Assembly: GCA_024277675.1 (NCBI GenBank)
Contig: JAJRUS010000139.1
Location: forward strand, 1 to 60,048
Reading direction: 5' to 3'
Length of the DNA stretch: 60,048 bases
Source: a bacterium
GTDB lineage: Bacteria; SZUA-182; SZUA-191; JAJRXT01
Part shown: positions 48,091 through 58,096 of the stretch, one piece after another
Layout: the number at the start of each line of letters is the position of its first letter
How positions within the stretch are numbered: the stretch's first letter is position 1
Translations under genes and position numbers: made by a program
Notes under the pieces: generated by a model
The model's database searches: none
Told to the model about the DNA's origin: nothing
Seen by the model: only the letters and a program-made list of their open reading frames with translations

Positions 48091-49857
48091 TTAGAAGAGG
48101 CCTTTTACCTTGCCGGTTTCTACATCTACATCCACCCTTCTATATGCGGGATCCGAGCAGGTACCCGGCATTAGTTTTATGTTCCCGGCAATAGGTACCA
48201 CAAATCCAGCCCCTTTATAGGTCAGGATATCCCGAATCTGAAGCCTCCAGCCTTTCGGAGCACCCTTAACATTTGGATCGTCGGAGAGGGACAGGTGGGT
48301 TTTGACCATGCAGGTTCCCAGCTTGGCGATTTCCGGATCGGCTTCCATGGCTTTGGCTTTGCTTAAAGCTTCCTCGGTGTAATCGACCCCGTCGGCGCCA
48401 TAAACCTCCCTGGCAATCAGGTCAATTCGCTCTCTCAATGGAGTGCTGAGCTCATATAGGAATTTAAAGTTGTTGGGTTCGTTACAGGCATCAACCACCG
48501 CATCAGCCAACTCCAAAGCGCCATCGCCGCCTTTTTCCCAATGGCGGGATAAAGCCACACGTGCACCGGCAGCCTCGGCTATGCGGCGTACGGCTGCAAT
48601 TTCAGCATCCGTATCCGTATAGAAAGCATTGATACAAACCACCGGGTTGATACCCGCTTTTTTGACCACATTGATAATATGCTTCAAATTGCTGGCAGCG
48701 CCGGCTTCCACCCAACCCACATTTTCGCCGGTGTACTCATCCGGTAATGGATGTCCGGGTACCGGAACCGGAGCGCCGCCGTGGCACTTGAGCGCCCTGA
48801 TGGTGGCCACCACCACCGCTGCATTGGGATGGTTTCCGGAAAAACGGCATTTTAAGTTCCAGAATTTCTCAAAGCCGATATCCGCCCCGAATCCCGATTC
48901 GGTTACATGATAATCTCCCAGTTTTAATCCAAGCCGGTCAGCCACAATCGAGGACTGGCCGATAGCTATATTGGCAAACGGCCCGGCATGTACGAATACC
49001 GGCTGGCCCTCGATGGTTTGCATCAGGTTCGGATTAAGCGCTTCCACCATCCAGGCGGTCATGGCGCCATCCACTTCCAGATCGGCGGTAGTTACCGGCT
49101 GGCCCGATTTATCATAAGCCAGCACAATCTTAGCCATTTTCTGGCGCATGTCCTTTAAGTCATTAGCCACCGCCAGAATGGCCATAATCTCAGAAGAAAC
49201 AGCAATAGCAAAGCCGGATTTCATCTCGAACCCGTCCATTTTCCCGCCGATACCGATAATGATATTACGCAATGCCTGAGCGCAGAAATCGAGAATCCAC
49301 TTCATCTCAACTCTTTCCGGGTCAATATCCAGGCGCTTGAGGTTTCTTTTGGCCAATTTCTCATCGTCATAGTTGGCTTCATGCTGCATCCTGGAGGTGA
49401 GCGCTACCATGGCCAGGTTGTGAGCATTCATAATGGCGTTTATATCCCCGGTTAAGCCCAGCGAGAACGGAGTAAGCGGAATACACTGGGAAAGCCCGCA
49501 GCCGGCTGCCGAACCCTTGATATTCATGGTCGGCCCACCGGATGGCTGCCGGATGGCGCCTACTACGCTTTTGCCTCTTTTCCCCAACCCCTGGATCAGC
49601 CCGATTGTGGTAGTGGATTTTCCTTCACCTAAGGGGGTGGGGGTAATAGCGGTTACATCAATATATTTCCCATCCGGTTTATCTTCCAGCCGCTTTAATG
49701 CCCTTTTGAAATCTATTTTACCTACATGGTGCCCATGAGGAAGAAGCTCCTCTTTTTCCAGGCCCAGCTCATCAGCCAGTTGATAAACGGTCTTCATCCG
49801 GGTTTCAGCATCTTCGGCTATTTCCCAATCAGCATGTTGGGTAGGATCTAACGCCAT
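48091..49857 (-). CDS. fhs: Formate--tetrahydrofolate ligase
   Basis: [42 protein letters not shown]. Confidence 0.96.
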   Translation of the reverse strand: MALDPTQHADWEIAEDAETRMKTVYQLADELGLEKEELLPHGHHVGKIDFKRALKRLEDKPDGKYIDVTAITPTPLGEGKSTTTIGLIQGLGKRGKSVVGAIRQPSGGPTMNIKGSAAGCGLSQCIPLTPFSLGLTGDINAIMNAHNLAMVALTSRMQHEANYDDEKLAKRNLKRLDIDPERVEMKWILDFCAQALRNIIIGIGGKMDGFEMKSGFAIAVSSEIMAILAVANDLKDMRQKMAKIVLAYDKSGQPVTTADLEVDGAMTAWMVEALNPNLMQTIEGQPVFVHAGPFANIAIGQSSIVADRLGLKLGDYHVTESGFGADIGFEKFWNLKCRFSGNHPNAAVVVATIRALKCHGGAPVPVPGHPLPDEYTGENVGWVEAGAASNLKHIINVVKKAGINPVVCINAFYTDTDAEIAAVRRIAEAAGARVALSRHWEKGGDGALELADAVVDACNEPNNFKFLYELSTPLRERIDLIAREVYGADGVDYTEEALSKAKAMEADPEIAKLGTCMVKTHLSLSDDPNVKGAPKGWRLQIRDILTYKGAGFVVPIAGNIKLMPGTCSDPAYRRVDVDVETGKVKGLF

Positions 49858-49880
49858 ATATTGCCTCCTTCTGTATTAGG

Positions 49881-50285
49881 TTAATAATTCAGTCGTTTAT
49901 TTTTCGCTTTAATCCTGACTATAAGCTTTACTGCCATATCCAGCAAGCCCTTTATTTCTTTTATCGTATAATCCTCAACTTCGCCTATTGGATAGCGGCT
50001 ATCCATATAATACTTGGTTGCCCGGCGACATACATCCAAAAAATCTGCAAACGAAGCATCAAATTTTATGGCAGAATTTAATAACTCCTCCAAATCATGA
50101 ATTTTTCTTAATTGCCAACCATTGGCTATCAAATAACCCTTAAGATATTTTTCTAACGCCTGCTGAATATGCAGGGCGATTATCTCAGGATAACCTTCCT
50201 GCTGATATAGCAATTGAGCGGTTTCCAAATCATGCTGTCCCTTATTGAACCACTCGGCTACCAGCTTTTCCTTACTCTGCAGCAT
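49881..50285 (-). CDS. HEPN-domain protein
   Basis: DLETA, HIQQALEKYLK, KIHDL, SRYP. Confidence 0.88.
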   Translation of the reverse strand: MLQSKEKLVAEWFNKGQHDLETAQLLYQQEGYPEIIALHIQQALEKYLKGYLIANGWQLRKIHDLEELLNSAIKFDASFADFLDVCRRATKYYMDSRYPIGEVEDYTIKEIKGLLDMAVKLIVRIKAKNKRLNY

Positions 50286-50601
50286 ACAAAACCTTACCCC
50301 GCTCTAGAATCTCTCTAATAAAATCATCTCCCATATTGAGCCGCTGCTTGATTTCCTCGGGAGTGTATACCAATGGGGAAAAAGGAATACCCCGCTTAGG
50401 GTCGTAAGCCATTTTCTTTAATCTGACCCAACGGTCAATATGCCGTTCTTTAGTCTTTTTGACAATCAACATATCTATATCGCTATCAAGTGTAGCCTGA
50501 TTATGAGCATAAGATCCAAACAGGATAATCTTATCAGGATGGTATTGGGCTTGAATCTTTTGAGCAATGCTTAAAATTATCTCTTTAGCTCCAGGGTTCA
50601 T
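50272..50601 (-). CDS. Minimal nucleotidyltransferase (MNT)
   Basis: IILFGSYA...DSDIDMLIV; overlaps the HEPN gene. Confidence 0.9.
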   Translation of the reverse strand: MNPGAKEIILSIAQKIQAQYHPDKIILFGSYAHNQATLDSDIDMLIVKKTKERHIDRWVRLKKMAYDPKRGIPFSPLVYTPEEIKQRLNMGDDFIREILERGKVLYAAE

Positions 50602-51521
50602 AAAGTCATCCCTTGAGAATAATTAGCATTGTAAACAATTTTAAAATCCTCAATATTAATATTATCTCTTGAAGTTGCTTTCAACCCAAACAAAATAACT
50701 CCTTGAAGATTTCCTAATATCTGGTTATTACTTTCAAAATGGTCATCAATTGCTTTTATTCCTGGAAAATGTGTCCTTATAAAATCATCTATTCTATAAC
50801 AACAATCCCATGGATGTATACACCCCATAAGAAAGTCGGCTCCTTGTGCTTTTGCTTTATTCATTGCACTATCTTTCCCCTCAAACAACCATTTTTCAAT
50901 CTTCTTATCCAAATTTGGTGTCCGAAGATAAAAAAAGTCATAATTTTCAAATTGTTTTCTAAGTACAATTTCAAAATCCCCTAAGTCTAATAAGGGACGG
51001 GGATATTTGCGGTTTTTGTAATCTGCAATAAATTGCTTTATTTGGCTTATGTGACCTTCAATATTCTCACATTTATAATCCCTGTTTTTTAATTGTGAAA
51101 CCACAACATCGTAATCAGGATCATTTATCCCTTTTATGGCATCTTTCAGGCAATCAGGTGGAACTTGTTTTATCTCAGCACTTTCTGATTTAACTTCAAA
51201 GTAAACATCTTCACCGTTAACGCAAGCCACTATATCACAATTTTTATTGCCCACCCCTTTAGGACTTTCCCGGTCAAACTCTCTAATCTGGAGACCCAAG
51301 CATTTCCTTAAAATATAAGTAGCGTGAAACTCGGCTACCAGATTGAAAAACTCTTTCTCTAATTCATTGCTACGATTTTGTACAGGTGTATTCAGTATAG
51401 TTTGAAGCTTTTCTTTTAATTTATTATTAAAGTGCGAGATAACAGTTGGTTCATCATTTAATTTTTGGACGAATATATCCCAAACACTTTGAAAACTAGG
51501 ATATTCATCCAAAAGCTTCAT
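50598..51521 (-). CDS. AT-rich hypothetical protein, possible PD-(D/E)xK nuclease fold
   Basis: 307-aa ORF; AE...CD(X11)EVK pattern (KNCDIVACVNGEDVYFEVKS). Confidence 0.6.
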   Translation of the reverse strand: MKLLDEYPSFQSVWDIFVQKLNDEPTVISHFNNKLKEKLQTILNTPVQNRSNELEKEFFNLVAEFHATYILRKCLGLQIREFDRESPKGVGNKNCDIVACVNGEDVYFEVKSESAEIKQVPPDCLKDAIKGINDPDYDVVVSQLKNRDYKCENIEGHISQIKQFIADYKNRKYPRPLLDLGDFEIVLRKQFENYDFFYLRTPNLDKKIEKWLFEGKDSAMNKAKAQGADFLMGCIHPWDCCYRIDDFIRTHFPGIKAIDDHFESNNQILGNLQGVILFGLKATSRDNINIEDFKIVYNANYSQGMTL

Positions 51522-51679
51522 GCTAAACTTTCTCCACCCTCCCCGTACATACCTTAAAATGTGGTAATTTTGCTATAGCTACTATCAAGTTACCAGTGGA
51601 TATTGCAGGGGTAAAACTGAATATATCTTAATACAATGAATAAATCAAGTTTTCTTGATTATGTGTCAAGTTTTCTTTA

Positions 51680-52513
51680 TTATGTTGCGGATTTCAGCAA
51701 CAAATCAATGGCCTCACAAAAACCATGCGGCCCGATTCCTTTGGTTACCATTACTCCATCAAAATTGGCAGCCGCTTCAAATGAGCCATCCGGCTTACGT
51801 ACCAGAAATGGGCGCTCAACCGCCCGCAGCATGGGTACATCATTTAACGCATCGCCTATGGCCGCAGACTTCAGCCTGGGATTTAGCTGCCGGTACAGGG
51901 TCAACAGGTGTTTTACGGCTTCCCCCTTGTCTGCGTCGCCGGTAATATGATGAAAAAGCCCACCCCTGGTATATTTAAAACCCCTGGTATTTATTTGCTG
52001 TTTAAGCCGGGAGATGATCGCCTGGGATTCATTTAAGATAATAAACGGTTCATCAAACTCACGTCTTTTAGCTAGCGCCGCATCTTCCTCCGGTAAATGA
52101 GTGGCGCCAGCCACCTGAGCCACCGACATTGCTGAAAAACCTGATATTTCAGCCCCGGCAGCATAAGCTGCGTCTTTAAGCGCCCGACAAAGCAGGTGAT
52201 ACGATTGACTTAAGGGTAGATACCACCAGGCGCCGGCAGCCCGCCAGCCTGACGGCTTATCCCAGTTTTGCCGGGGGATGAATACCGCTCCCCCGTTTTC
52301 TGATACAAAAGGATGGTTGTTATCCAGCTCTTTTTTTAATTTTTCCATCTCCGCCCGGGTTTTGCTGGAAACAAATACCACTGGAATGCCTGCTTGCCGG
52401 CAAAGTTTTAATGATTCTTGAGCCAGCCCCAGGGTGTAGGTCCCGGTAGAGAGCAGGGTGCCGTCTAAGTCGGTAAAAATTACCAGCTTATTACCATAAG
52501 TGGCTTTTTTCAT
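51680..52513 (-). CDS. mpgP: Mannosyl/glucosyl-3-phosphoglycerate phosphatase (HAD IIB)
   Basis: FTDLDGTLL, SSKTRAE, SENGG, REFDEPF, GDALNDVPML. Confidence 0.9.
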   Translation of the reverse strand: MKKATYGNKLVIFTDLDGTLLSTGTYTLGLAQESLKLCRQAGIPVVFVSSKTRAEMEKLKKELDNNHPFVSENGGAVFIPRQNWDKPSGWRAAGAWWYLPLSQSYHLLCRALKDAAYAAGAEISGFSAMSVAQVAGATHLPEEDAALAKRREFDEPFIILNESQAIISRLKQQINTRGFKYTRGGLFHHITGDADKGEAVKHLLTLYRQLNPRLKSAAIGDALNDVPMLRAVERPFLVRKPDGSFEAAANFDGVMVTKGIGPHGFCEAIDLLLKSAT

Positions 52514-52643
52514 AGTATAGAAAATACAAAATAAAACTTGCTTTAAAGTAAGCCTCCGTTTCCGTCCAAAGGACGGTAGGGGGCGGCGATAACAGTAACG
52601 GTTTACACATAATTAATCCAGGCGGTTGCCTGGTTTTTTCATT

Positions 52644-53921
52644 TTAGACCTCTTGAAGCTTATTGTTCATTTCCTCATCTTCTTTAAATGGACGCTGCCA
52701 CATATTAATCAGAAATCCTTTATTGTCTTCAAATGCCTGGGCTTGTTTTTCAACCACCGCCTCGGCCTGGGCCGAATCCATTTCGCGGGTGGTATTTACA
52801 AAGGAAGCTACCCGGCCATAATAGAGCGGAGTGGCCAGTTCCAGCAGCTTATAGCGGTTATGCGGCCAGTGGTGGAAGGTAGAGGCCAACTCATAGAGGA
52901 TATTGACCCAGACATCAATTTCAAACACAAACTTATCGTCAGGTAGCTTTAAAGCTTCCTGAATCATATGAAAACTTCCGGGAAGGAAGATTTTTTTCCA
53001 CAGCACCCCGAAATGCTCATAACCCACTTTGAACTTTTTTACCAGCGCCTTAACGTTTACATTGATGGGTTCAGGTTCCTCATGACTTGAGTGACCATAT
53101 ATATTGGTTGTTTCAGAGCCTTGAACAGCCAGCCAGCGGGTTTCGTTTTGTTCCATCAGGGTAAACAGCGTCCATACCACCTCCCTGAACATGGGCGCTA
53201 ATTGTGAACCGGGGTCTTTATCGTCATGTATCTTAACCCCCAGGTTTGACTGATAGATTTTGAAATTGTTTACAATGGCATTGGTAGTCATCCAGATATC
53301 TATACCGTAGCGGGCTACATCCGTATCCCAAACGTTCTGAGACATGAAATACCCGGCACAATTGCGGGAAAAGGCGAAATCACCTCCAATCGGTTGGCGT
53401 ATGCGTTTACCGTACAGGGCACGGGTTAAGTTGTAGACAATGTTATTGGTAATGGTGCCGTCGTATTTATGGCGGGTGTATATGGGAGTTACAAAATCAC
53501 AATTGTGCTTAAGTACCGGCTCCAGCAGCGACTTAACCCATTGGCTGCTGATACTGCGCAGGTCTGAATCGACCACCATACAGGCTTTTACGGAAAGGCG
53601 CTGTGCCGCTTCAAAAATGGATCGTAAGGCGGTACCCTTACCCGACGGGCCGCGATATATGGTGATTATTTTCTCCTGCCAGGGTTTTAACTGAAAGTCT
53701 TTGGCTACTTCACGGGTATCGTCGGTGGATCCGCCATCGGAAATCACCACTACCGCCCGCAAATCTTTATAATACTCAGCCAGACCGTGGGACACCATCT
53801 GCACTACATGTGCAATGGTGGCTTCATTGTTATAGCAGGGAATGCCTACCATAAGATCGGCTTGCTCTATTTCTTCCAGTCGTTTAGCGGTATATGGCCG
53901 CAACGAAGTATCGTATTTCAT
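52644..53921 (-). CDS. Glycosyltransferase, glucosyl/mannosylglycerate synthase-like (single-step type)
   Basis: GIPCYNNE, DGGSTD, GKGTAL, DSDLRS, RHKYDGTITN, RQPIGGDF, GIDIWMT. Confidence 0.75.
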   Translation of the reverse strand: MKYDTSLRPYTAKRLEEIEQADLMVGIPCYNNEATIAHVVQMVSHGLAEYYKDLRAVVVISDGGSTDDTREVAKDFQLKPWQEKIITIYRGPSGKGTALRSIFEAAQRLSVKACMVVDSDLRSISSQWVKSLLEPVLKHNCDFVTPIYTRHKYDGTITNNIVYNLTRALYGKRIRQPIGGDFAFSRNCAGYFMSQNVWDTDVARYGIDIWMTTNAIVNNFKIYQSNLGVKIHDDKDPGSQLAPMFREVVWTLFTLMEQNETRWLAVQGSETTNIYGHSSHEEPEPINVNVKALVKKFKVGYEHFGVLWKKIFLPGSFHMIQEALKLPDDKFVFEIDVWVNILYELASTFHHWPHNRYKLLELATPLYYGRVASFVNTTREMDSAQAEAVVEKQAQAFEDNKGFLINMWQRPFKEDEEMNNKLQEV

Positions 53922-53930
53922 GGTTTATTC

Positions 53931-55139
53931 CTATTGGTTGTCGGCGCCGATTGTTTCGATTAACCTGTCTGCAAAGTCGGGCATAGCGGCAAATACCCGG
54001 TTCCAGTTGGGAATAAGCGGAGGCCCCAGCGGGTCTTTAGTGATTGTCTCACCGGCTCGGTGGATGGCTTCAGTGAACACCTCCACCGCAGTCCCTTCCT
54101 TGTGCCGATCATATTTCAAGCCGTTTAACAGGGCATCGCCGTGGTACCTGGCGATAGTATCCTGGGCCAACCGCAGATAAGTGGCCCGCAACGACTCAAA
54201 GAAGCCCGGCGAATAAACTACCCCTTCGCTGGCCAGGGTGCGGAAGATGGTTTTAGCTATATCTATGGCCATCTTATTAAGCCCCTTTTGGGGATTAGTT
54301 TGTGACAGCGGTCGATGCTTGTGTTCATAATTATCACAGAGCGCTACCTGACATATGCGTTTCACCGAGCAGTTACGATAGATTTCGGCCAGCACCCCTA
54401 CTTCCAGCCCCCAATCGGCCGGAATGCGGTTAATGCGGGCCAGATCGGTTATCATGGAAAATTCACCGGCCAATGGATAACGAAAGCTGTCGTAATAATG
54501 TAAAATTTTGACATCTCCCACCATTTTGATGAGCGACCTGATAAGCGGGGTCACAAAAAGCCTGGTTACCCGCCCGTGCATTTTATCGGTAACCCGGCTG
54601 TAATAGCCCTTGCAGAACTCATAAGCCATATAAGTTGATGCTACCGGGAAAACCAGGCGTCCCAATATCTCCCTGGAATAGGTAGTTATATCGCAATCAT
54701 GTAAGGCGATAACCTGGCTGCCTTCCTCAACCACCACATAGCCATAGGCCATCCAGGCGCTTCGGCCCTTGCCGTTTGGCCCCGGATTTAAGTTTACGTT
54801 TTTTAACTCTTCATACAGCGCTTGAATTCGCGGCCCGTCGTTCCAGATGATAGTTGTTTTCTGGGGCAGCACCGAAAAAAACTTTTTGGCAGCCTTAAAT
54901 TCTTCCGCATTCGCAACCCCCAGGGTAACCACTATCTCTCTGATGTACTTTACTTCCTTAAGCTCCTTTACAATGTTTTTAAGCGCCGCTCCCTGGAGCT
55001 CTGAATAAAGCGAGGGCAGCACCAGGGTTATCCCCCGGTGTTTAGAAATCTCCAGTAAGTCCTGCTCCATCTTTTCAAGATTACACTTACCCAGCCGGTG
55101 GAATGTAGCCACCTGGCCGGTCTGGTGAAAATCACTCAT
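53931..55139 (-). CDS. Glucosyl-3-phosphoglycerate synthase-like glycosyltransferase
   Basis: MSDFHQ, LPSLYSEL, GKGR, LHDCDI, GRVTRLFVTPL, YPLAGEF, WGLEVG; in an operon with mpgP. Confidence 0.78.
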   Translation of the reverse strand: MSDFHQTGQVATFHRLGKCNLEKMEQDLLEISKHRGITLVLPSLYSELQGAALKNIVKELKEVKYIREIVVTLGVANAEEFKAAKKFFSVLPQKTTIIWNDGPRIQALYEELKNVNLNPGPNGKGRSAWMAYGYVVVEEGSQVIALHDCDITTYSREILGRLVFPVASTYMAYEFCKGYYSRVTDKMHGRVTRLFVTPLIRSLIKMVGDVKILHYYDSFRYPLAGEFSMITDLARINRIPADWGLEVGVLAEIYRNCSVKRICQVALCDNYEHKHRPLSQTNPQKGLNKMAIDIAKTIFRTLASEGVVYSPGFFESLRATYLRLAQDTIARYHGDALLNGLKYDRHKEGTAVEVFTEAIHRAGETITKDPLGPPLIPNWNRVFAAMPDFADRLIETIGADNQ

Positions 55140-55375
55140 CTAACGGCCTCCTCCTTAATTTGATTGTATAGGAATTTTCATGTTCAGATTGAATTGTTGC
55201 TGAGCGTAAGCCCCCGCATTTGACCACCGGGGCACGAACCAGAAGGTCACAGACCCAGGGTCAACAGGGGGCGGATATTGTTTTAGCACCATCCGCCAAA
55301 AGTTCATGAACAGGTTATGTTCCTATTGCTAATTATCCAAAATTGATATAATCTTACCATATTTGCTTAATAAAA

Positions 55376-55396
55376 TAAAGTCGCCGGGCGACTTTA
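55376..55396. promoter_or_regulatory. Perfect palindrome, putative operator
   Basis: TAAAGTCGCC-G-GGCGACTTTA between divergent genes. Confidence 0.45.
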
Positions 55397-55460
55397 AAAA
55401 CAGACCAAGCTGAACATCAATGACATCTGCTTAAACCGGACGCCGATAAGGATGAAATAA

Positions 55461-56096
55461 ATGGAGCAACTAAATTCTTCTAAAATTAAAAACTTACAAA
55501 CACAAGTGATTGAACTATGGCATACCAAAGAGGATTTGATTCATACCTGGAATGATGCATTAAGGCTTTTGGGAACCGAGTTGCAAGGGTCTTCTAAGCT
55601 GGTTTATGATAATCAGCTTATTAACTGCTTCCAGTGGCACCAGGAGGATAAATCCAGGACACCCAATGCTTCAGATAGTATCTTAGCCCAAGTAAAGCGG
55701 GAAATAGACAGCTCAAATCAAAGAAGAGTAGATAAAATTGAGGAGTTGGATGCATATCTGGTGAGCCGGCTGGTTAATAAGCTGGGTGAATTGGATGAGC
55801 ATATTCCGCTTAATTCCGAGACCCCCGGCAGTATTATTGACCGACTCTCCATCCTGGCCTTAAAAATTTACCATATGCTACAGGAAACAAAACGGCCGGA
55901 TGCGAAAGCGGATACTATCTCAAAATGCAGGAAAAAACTGGAGATTTTGTTAGCGCAGCAAAATGATTTAGGCAAATCCCTGGATCAGTTGATGCAGGAT
56001 CTGGCCTGCGGCAAGCGGCGGCTGAAGGTATATTATCAGTTTAAGATGTATAACGACCCGGAAACCAACCCGGCGATTTATTTAAGTCTAACCTGA
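55461..56096 (+). CDS. DUF4254-like protein
   Basis: QWHQED, KREIDSSNQRR, NSETPGSIIDRLSILALKIYHM, YYQFKMYNDP. Confidence 0.8.
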   Translation: MEQLNSSKIKNLQTQVIELWHTKEDLIHTWNDALRLLGTELQGSSKLVYDNQLINCFQWHQEDKSRTPNASDSILAQVKREIDSSNQRRVDKIEELDAYLVSRLVNKLGELDEHIPLNSETPGSIIDRLSILALKIYHMLQETKRPDAKADTISKCRKKLEILLAQQNDLGKSLDQLMQDLACGKRRLKVYYQFKMYNDPETNPAIYLSLT

Positions 56097-56186
56097 GTTC
56101 GATATAAGACTCATTAATTTTTGTCAATACATTCTTTGGGCAACAGCCCGACAACGTTTGACCTTGACGCATACAAATCAAGGCTG

Positions 56187-56316
56187 ACTATAGCCCCTCA
56201 CTGCCCCACCGCAGGGGGACAAGTCCCCTTTTGTCAATTGTCAAAGAGTAGTTTCTTGCTGGTGGTGAATATTTCTCCTAAAGACTAACTATAGCCCCTC
56301 ATCGCCCCACCGCAGG
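56187..56316. repeat. 29-bp direct repeat duplicating the 3' end of mltG
   Basis: ACTATAGCCCCTCACTGCCCCACCGCAGG (56187) vs ACTATAGCCCCTCATCGCCCCACCGCAGG (56288). Confidence 0.7.
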
Positions 56317-57333
56317 TGGCGGGCGGCGGCGTTTCTGGTATTTTATTACTGCATTATTATGCTGGCGCAGGGTGGTGGAGAACTGATGAGTACCGTCATT
56401 GCGGGATACGAAGTATTGATAATCAACATCAGCCGGATATAGCGCTGCCTCGATAGATGCCCGGCCGGGATTGGCGATTGGCCCCGGCGGCAGCCCCCGG
56501 TAGCGATAGGTATTATAGGGGGAATCCAGTTTCAAGTGCTTGCGGGTCAGGTTGCCGTCAAAATTTGGTATGGCGTAGATTACCGTGGGGTCGCATTGCA
56601 GGCGGATATTGCTTTTGAGCCGATTATGGTATACGGCCGAGACTATCGGCCGCTCGGCGGCCACGCCGGCTTCTTTTTCAATAAGCGAGGCTAAGGTAAT
56701 AATCTGATGCAGGGAGAATCCCAGGGCTTTAGCCCTGGCTGTCCATTGGGGAGAGATATTGTGTTTGAATTGTTCCAGCATGGAGGTTGCCACGTTGAAG
56801 GCATCTATACCCTTTGGAAAATAGTAAGTATCCGGAAACAGATAGCCTTCCAGACTATCGTTAGGGATGTTCCAGCGTTTTATCAACCCAGGGTCATGGG
56901 CGGCAGCTATAAATTCAGCCTTACCTACTAATCCGGCGCCGGCTAATATATCCGCTATTTGCTTTATAGTGTAACCCTCAGGAATGGTTACTTTGTGGAG
57001 TGTGGTTTTCCCGCTTTCCAGAATAGCCAGGATGCCGGTCGGCGAAAGAGAGGCGCTCAGGGTGTACTCCCCGGCTTTAATGCGCTGGTCGACGCCGGTT
57101 AATCTGGCCCAGGCGGTAAATAGCAGCGGATATTTTATTATCCCCTGTTTCTGCAGCAAACCGCTTACCTGCTTAATACCCAGGCCGCGCTTAATTTCTA
57201 TAAGCTTATCGGGGGCATTGTTTGAGGCAGGGATGTGCAGCAATACATAGCTATGGCTTAAACCCATTATTGCAAGACACATCAAGCCGAATAAAAGTAG
57301 TTCACGCCCAATTTTGCTAGTAGACGAAGCCAT
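56299..57333 (-). CDS. mltG: Endolytic transglycosylase MltG
   Basis: TIPEG, LEGYLFPDTY, LASLIEKE, LQCDPTV, SPYNTY, GLPPGPIANPG. Confidence 0.95.
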   Translation of the reverse strand: MASSTSKIGRELLLFGLMCLAIMGLSHSYVLLHIPASNNAPDKLIEIKRGLGIKQVSGLLQKQGIIKYPLLFTAWARLTGVDQRIKAGEYTLSASLSPTGILAILESGKTTLHKVTIPEGYTIKQIADILAGAGLVGKAEFIAAAHDPGLIKRWNIPNDSLEGYLFPDTYYFPKGIDAFNVATSMLEQFKHNISPQWTARAKALGFSLHQIITLASLIEKEAGVAAERPIVSAVYHNRLKSNIRLQCDPTVIYAIPNFDGNLTRKHLKLDSPYNTYRYRGLPPGPIANPGRASIEAALYPADVDYQYFVSRNDGTHQFSTTLRQHNNAVIKYQKRRRPPPAVGR

Positions 57334-57337
57334 TTTA

Positions 57338-57757
57338 TTACCCTTTATGCCTCAGATAATCCAAATAGCCTTGCAGAATAAGTGCGGCGGCCACCTGATC
57401 TTCCAGCGCCTTGCTTTTTCGCCAATGCAAGCCCGCTTCCTTTAAGCTGCGCTGGGCCGCCTGGCTGCTGAAACGCTCATCCCAGGTATTAACCGGCAGC
57501 CCCAGCGCCGGTTTCAGCTTATCAATGAAGGCCAACACCTTCTGCGCCTGAGACCCCAGGCTGCCGTCTAAATTCTTGGGTAGCCCCACTACTATTTGAT
57601 TTACCAGGTATTCGCTAATTATACTTTTAAGCTCGCCAATGTCCTTATTAATACCAGTGCGCTTAATAGTTTTTAGCCCTTGAGCGGTATATCCCAGCTC
57701 ATCGGATACCGCTATCCCAATAGTCTTATCACCTACATCCATGCCCAGTATAGTCAT
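57338..57757 (-). CDS. ruvX: YqgF/RuvX-family nuclease
   Basis: GMDVGDKTIGIAVSD, VVGLP, WDERFSS, AAALILQGYL. Confidence 0.93.
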   Translation of the reverse strand: MTILGMDVGDKTIGIAVSDELGYTAQGLKTIKRTGINKDIGELKSIISEYLVNQIVVGLPKNLDGSLGSQAQKVLAFIDKLKPALGLPVNTWDERFSSQAAQRSLKEAGLHWRKSKALEDQVAAALILQGYLDYLRHKG

Positions 57758-57990
57758 CTATATAGCAACCTCAAGTTGTTTTATAGCGATTACCTCAGGA
57801 TAGTTAAGATTAATAGCTTTATGCTCCTCTTCTAGCTCCTCAAGGCACATCTTAATCGCATCTTTAATGTTTTCTATCGCTTCCTCAAAGGTATCCCCCT
57901 GGGTGTAGCAACCTTGTAAGACGGGATAAGTGGCGATATATTTTCCATCCTCATCCTGCCTATAATAACCTGAGTCTTATATTTTCTCAT
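57758..57990 (-). pseudogene. HicB-family antitoxin, frameshifted after codon 10
   Basis: MRKYKTQVII / QDEDGKYIATYPVLQGCYTQGDTFEEAIENIKDAIKMCLEE...EVAI*; the junction ATA-GG-CAG is one base short. Confidence 0.75.
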
Positions 57991-58016
57991 AAAGTTATCT
58001 CCTCTTTATTTAACTA

Positions 58017-58092
58017 CAATGACAAATGCCAAAGCCCAAATATCAAATGAATACATAAGCTCAAATGACAAAAAAATTGACATTTGGATTTT
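58017..58092. repeat. CAAATG-type short repeats forming an imperfect palindrome
   Basis: CAATGACAAATGCCAAA...CAAATGA...CAAATGACAAAA...TTGACATTTGGATTT. Confidence 0.4.
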
Positions 58093-58096
58093 ATCC

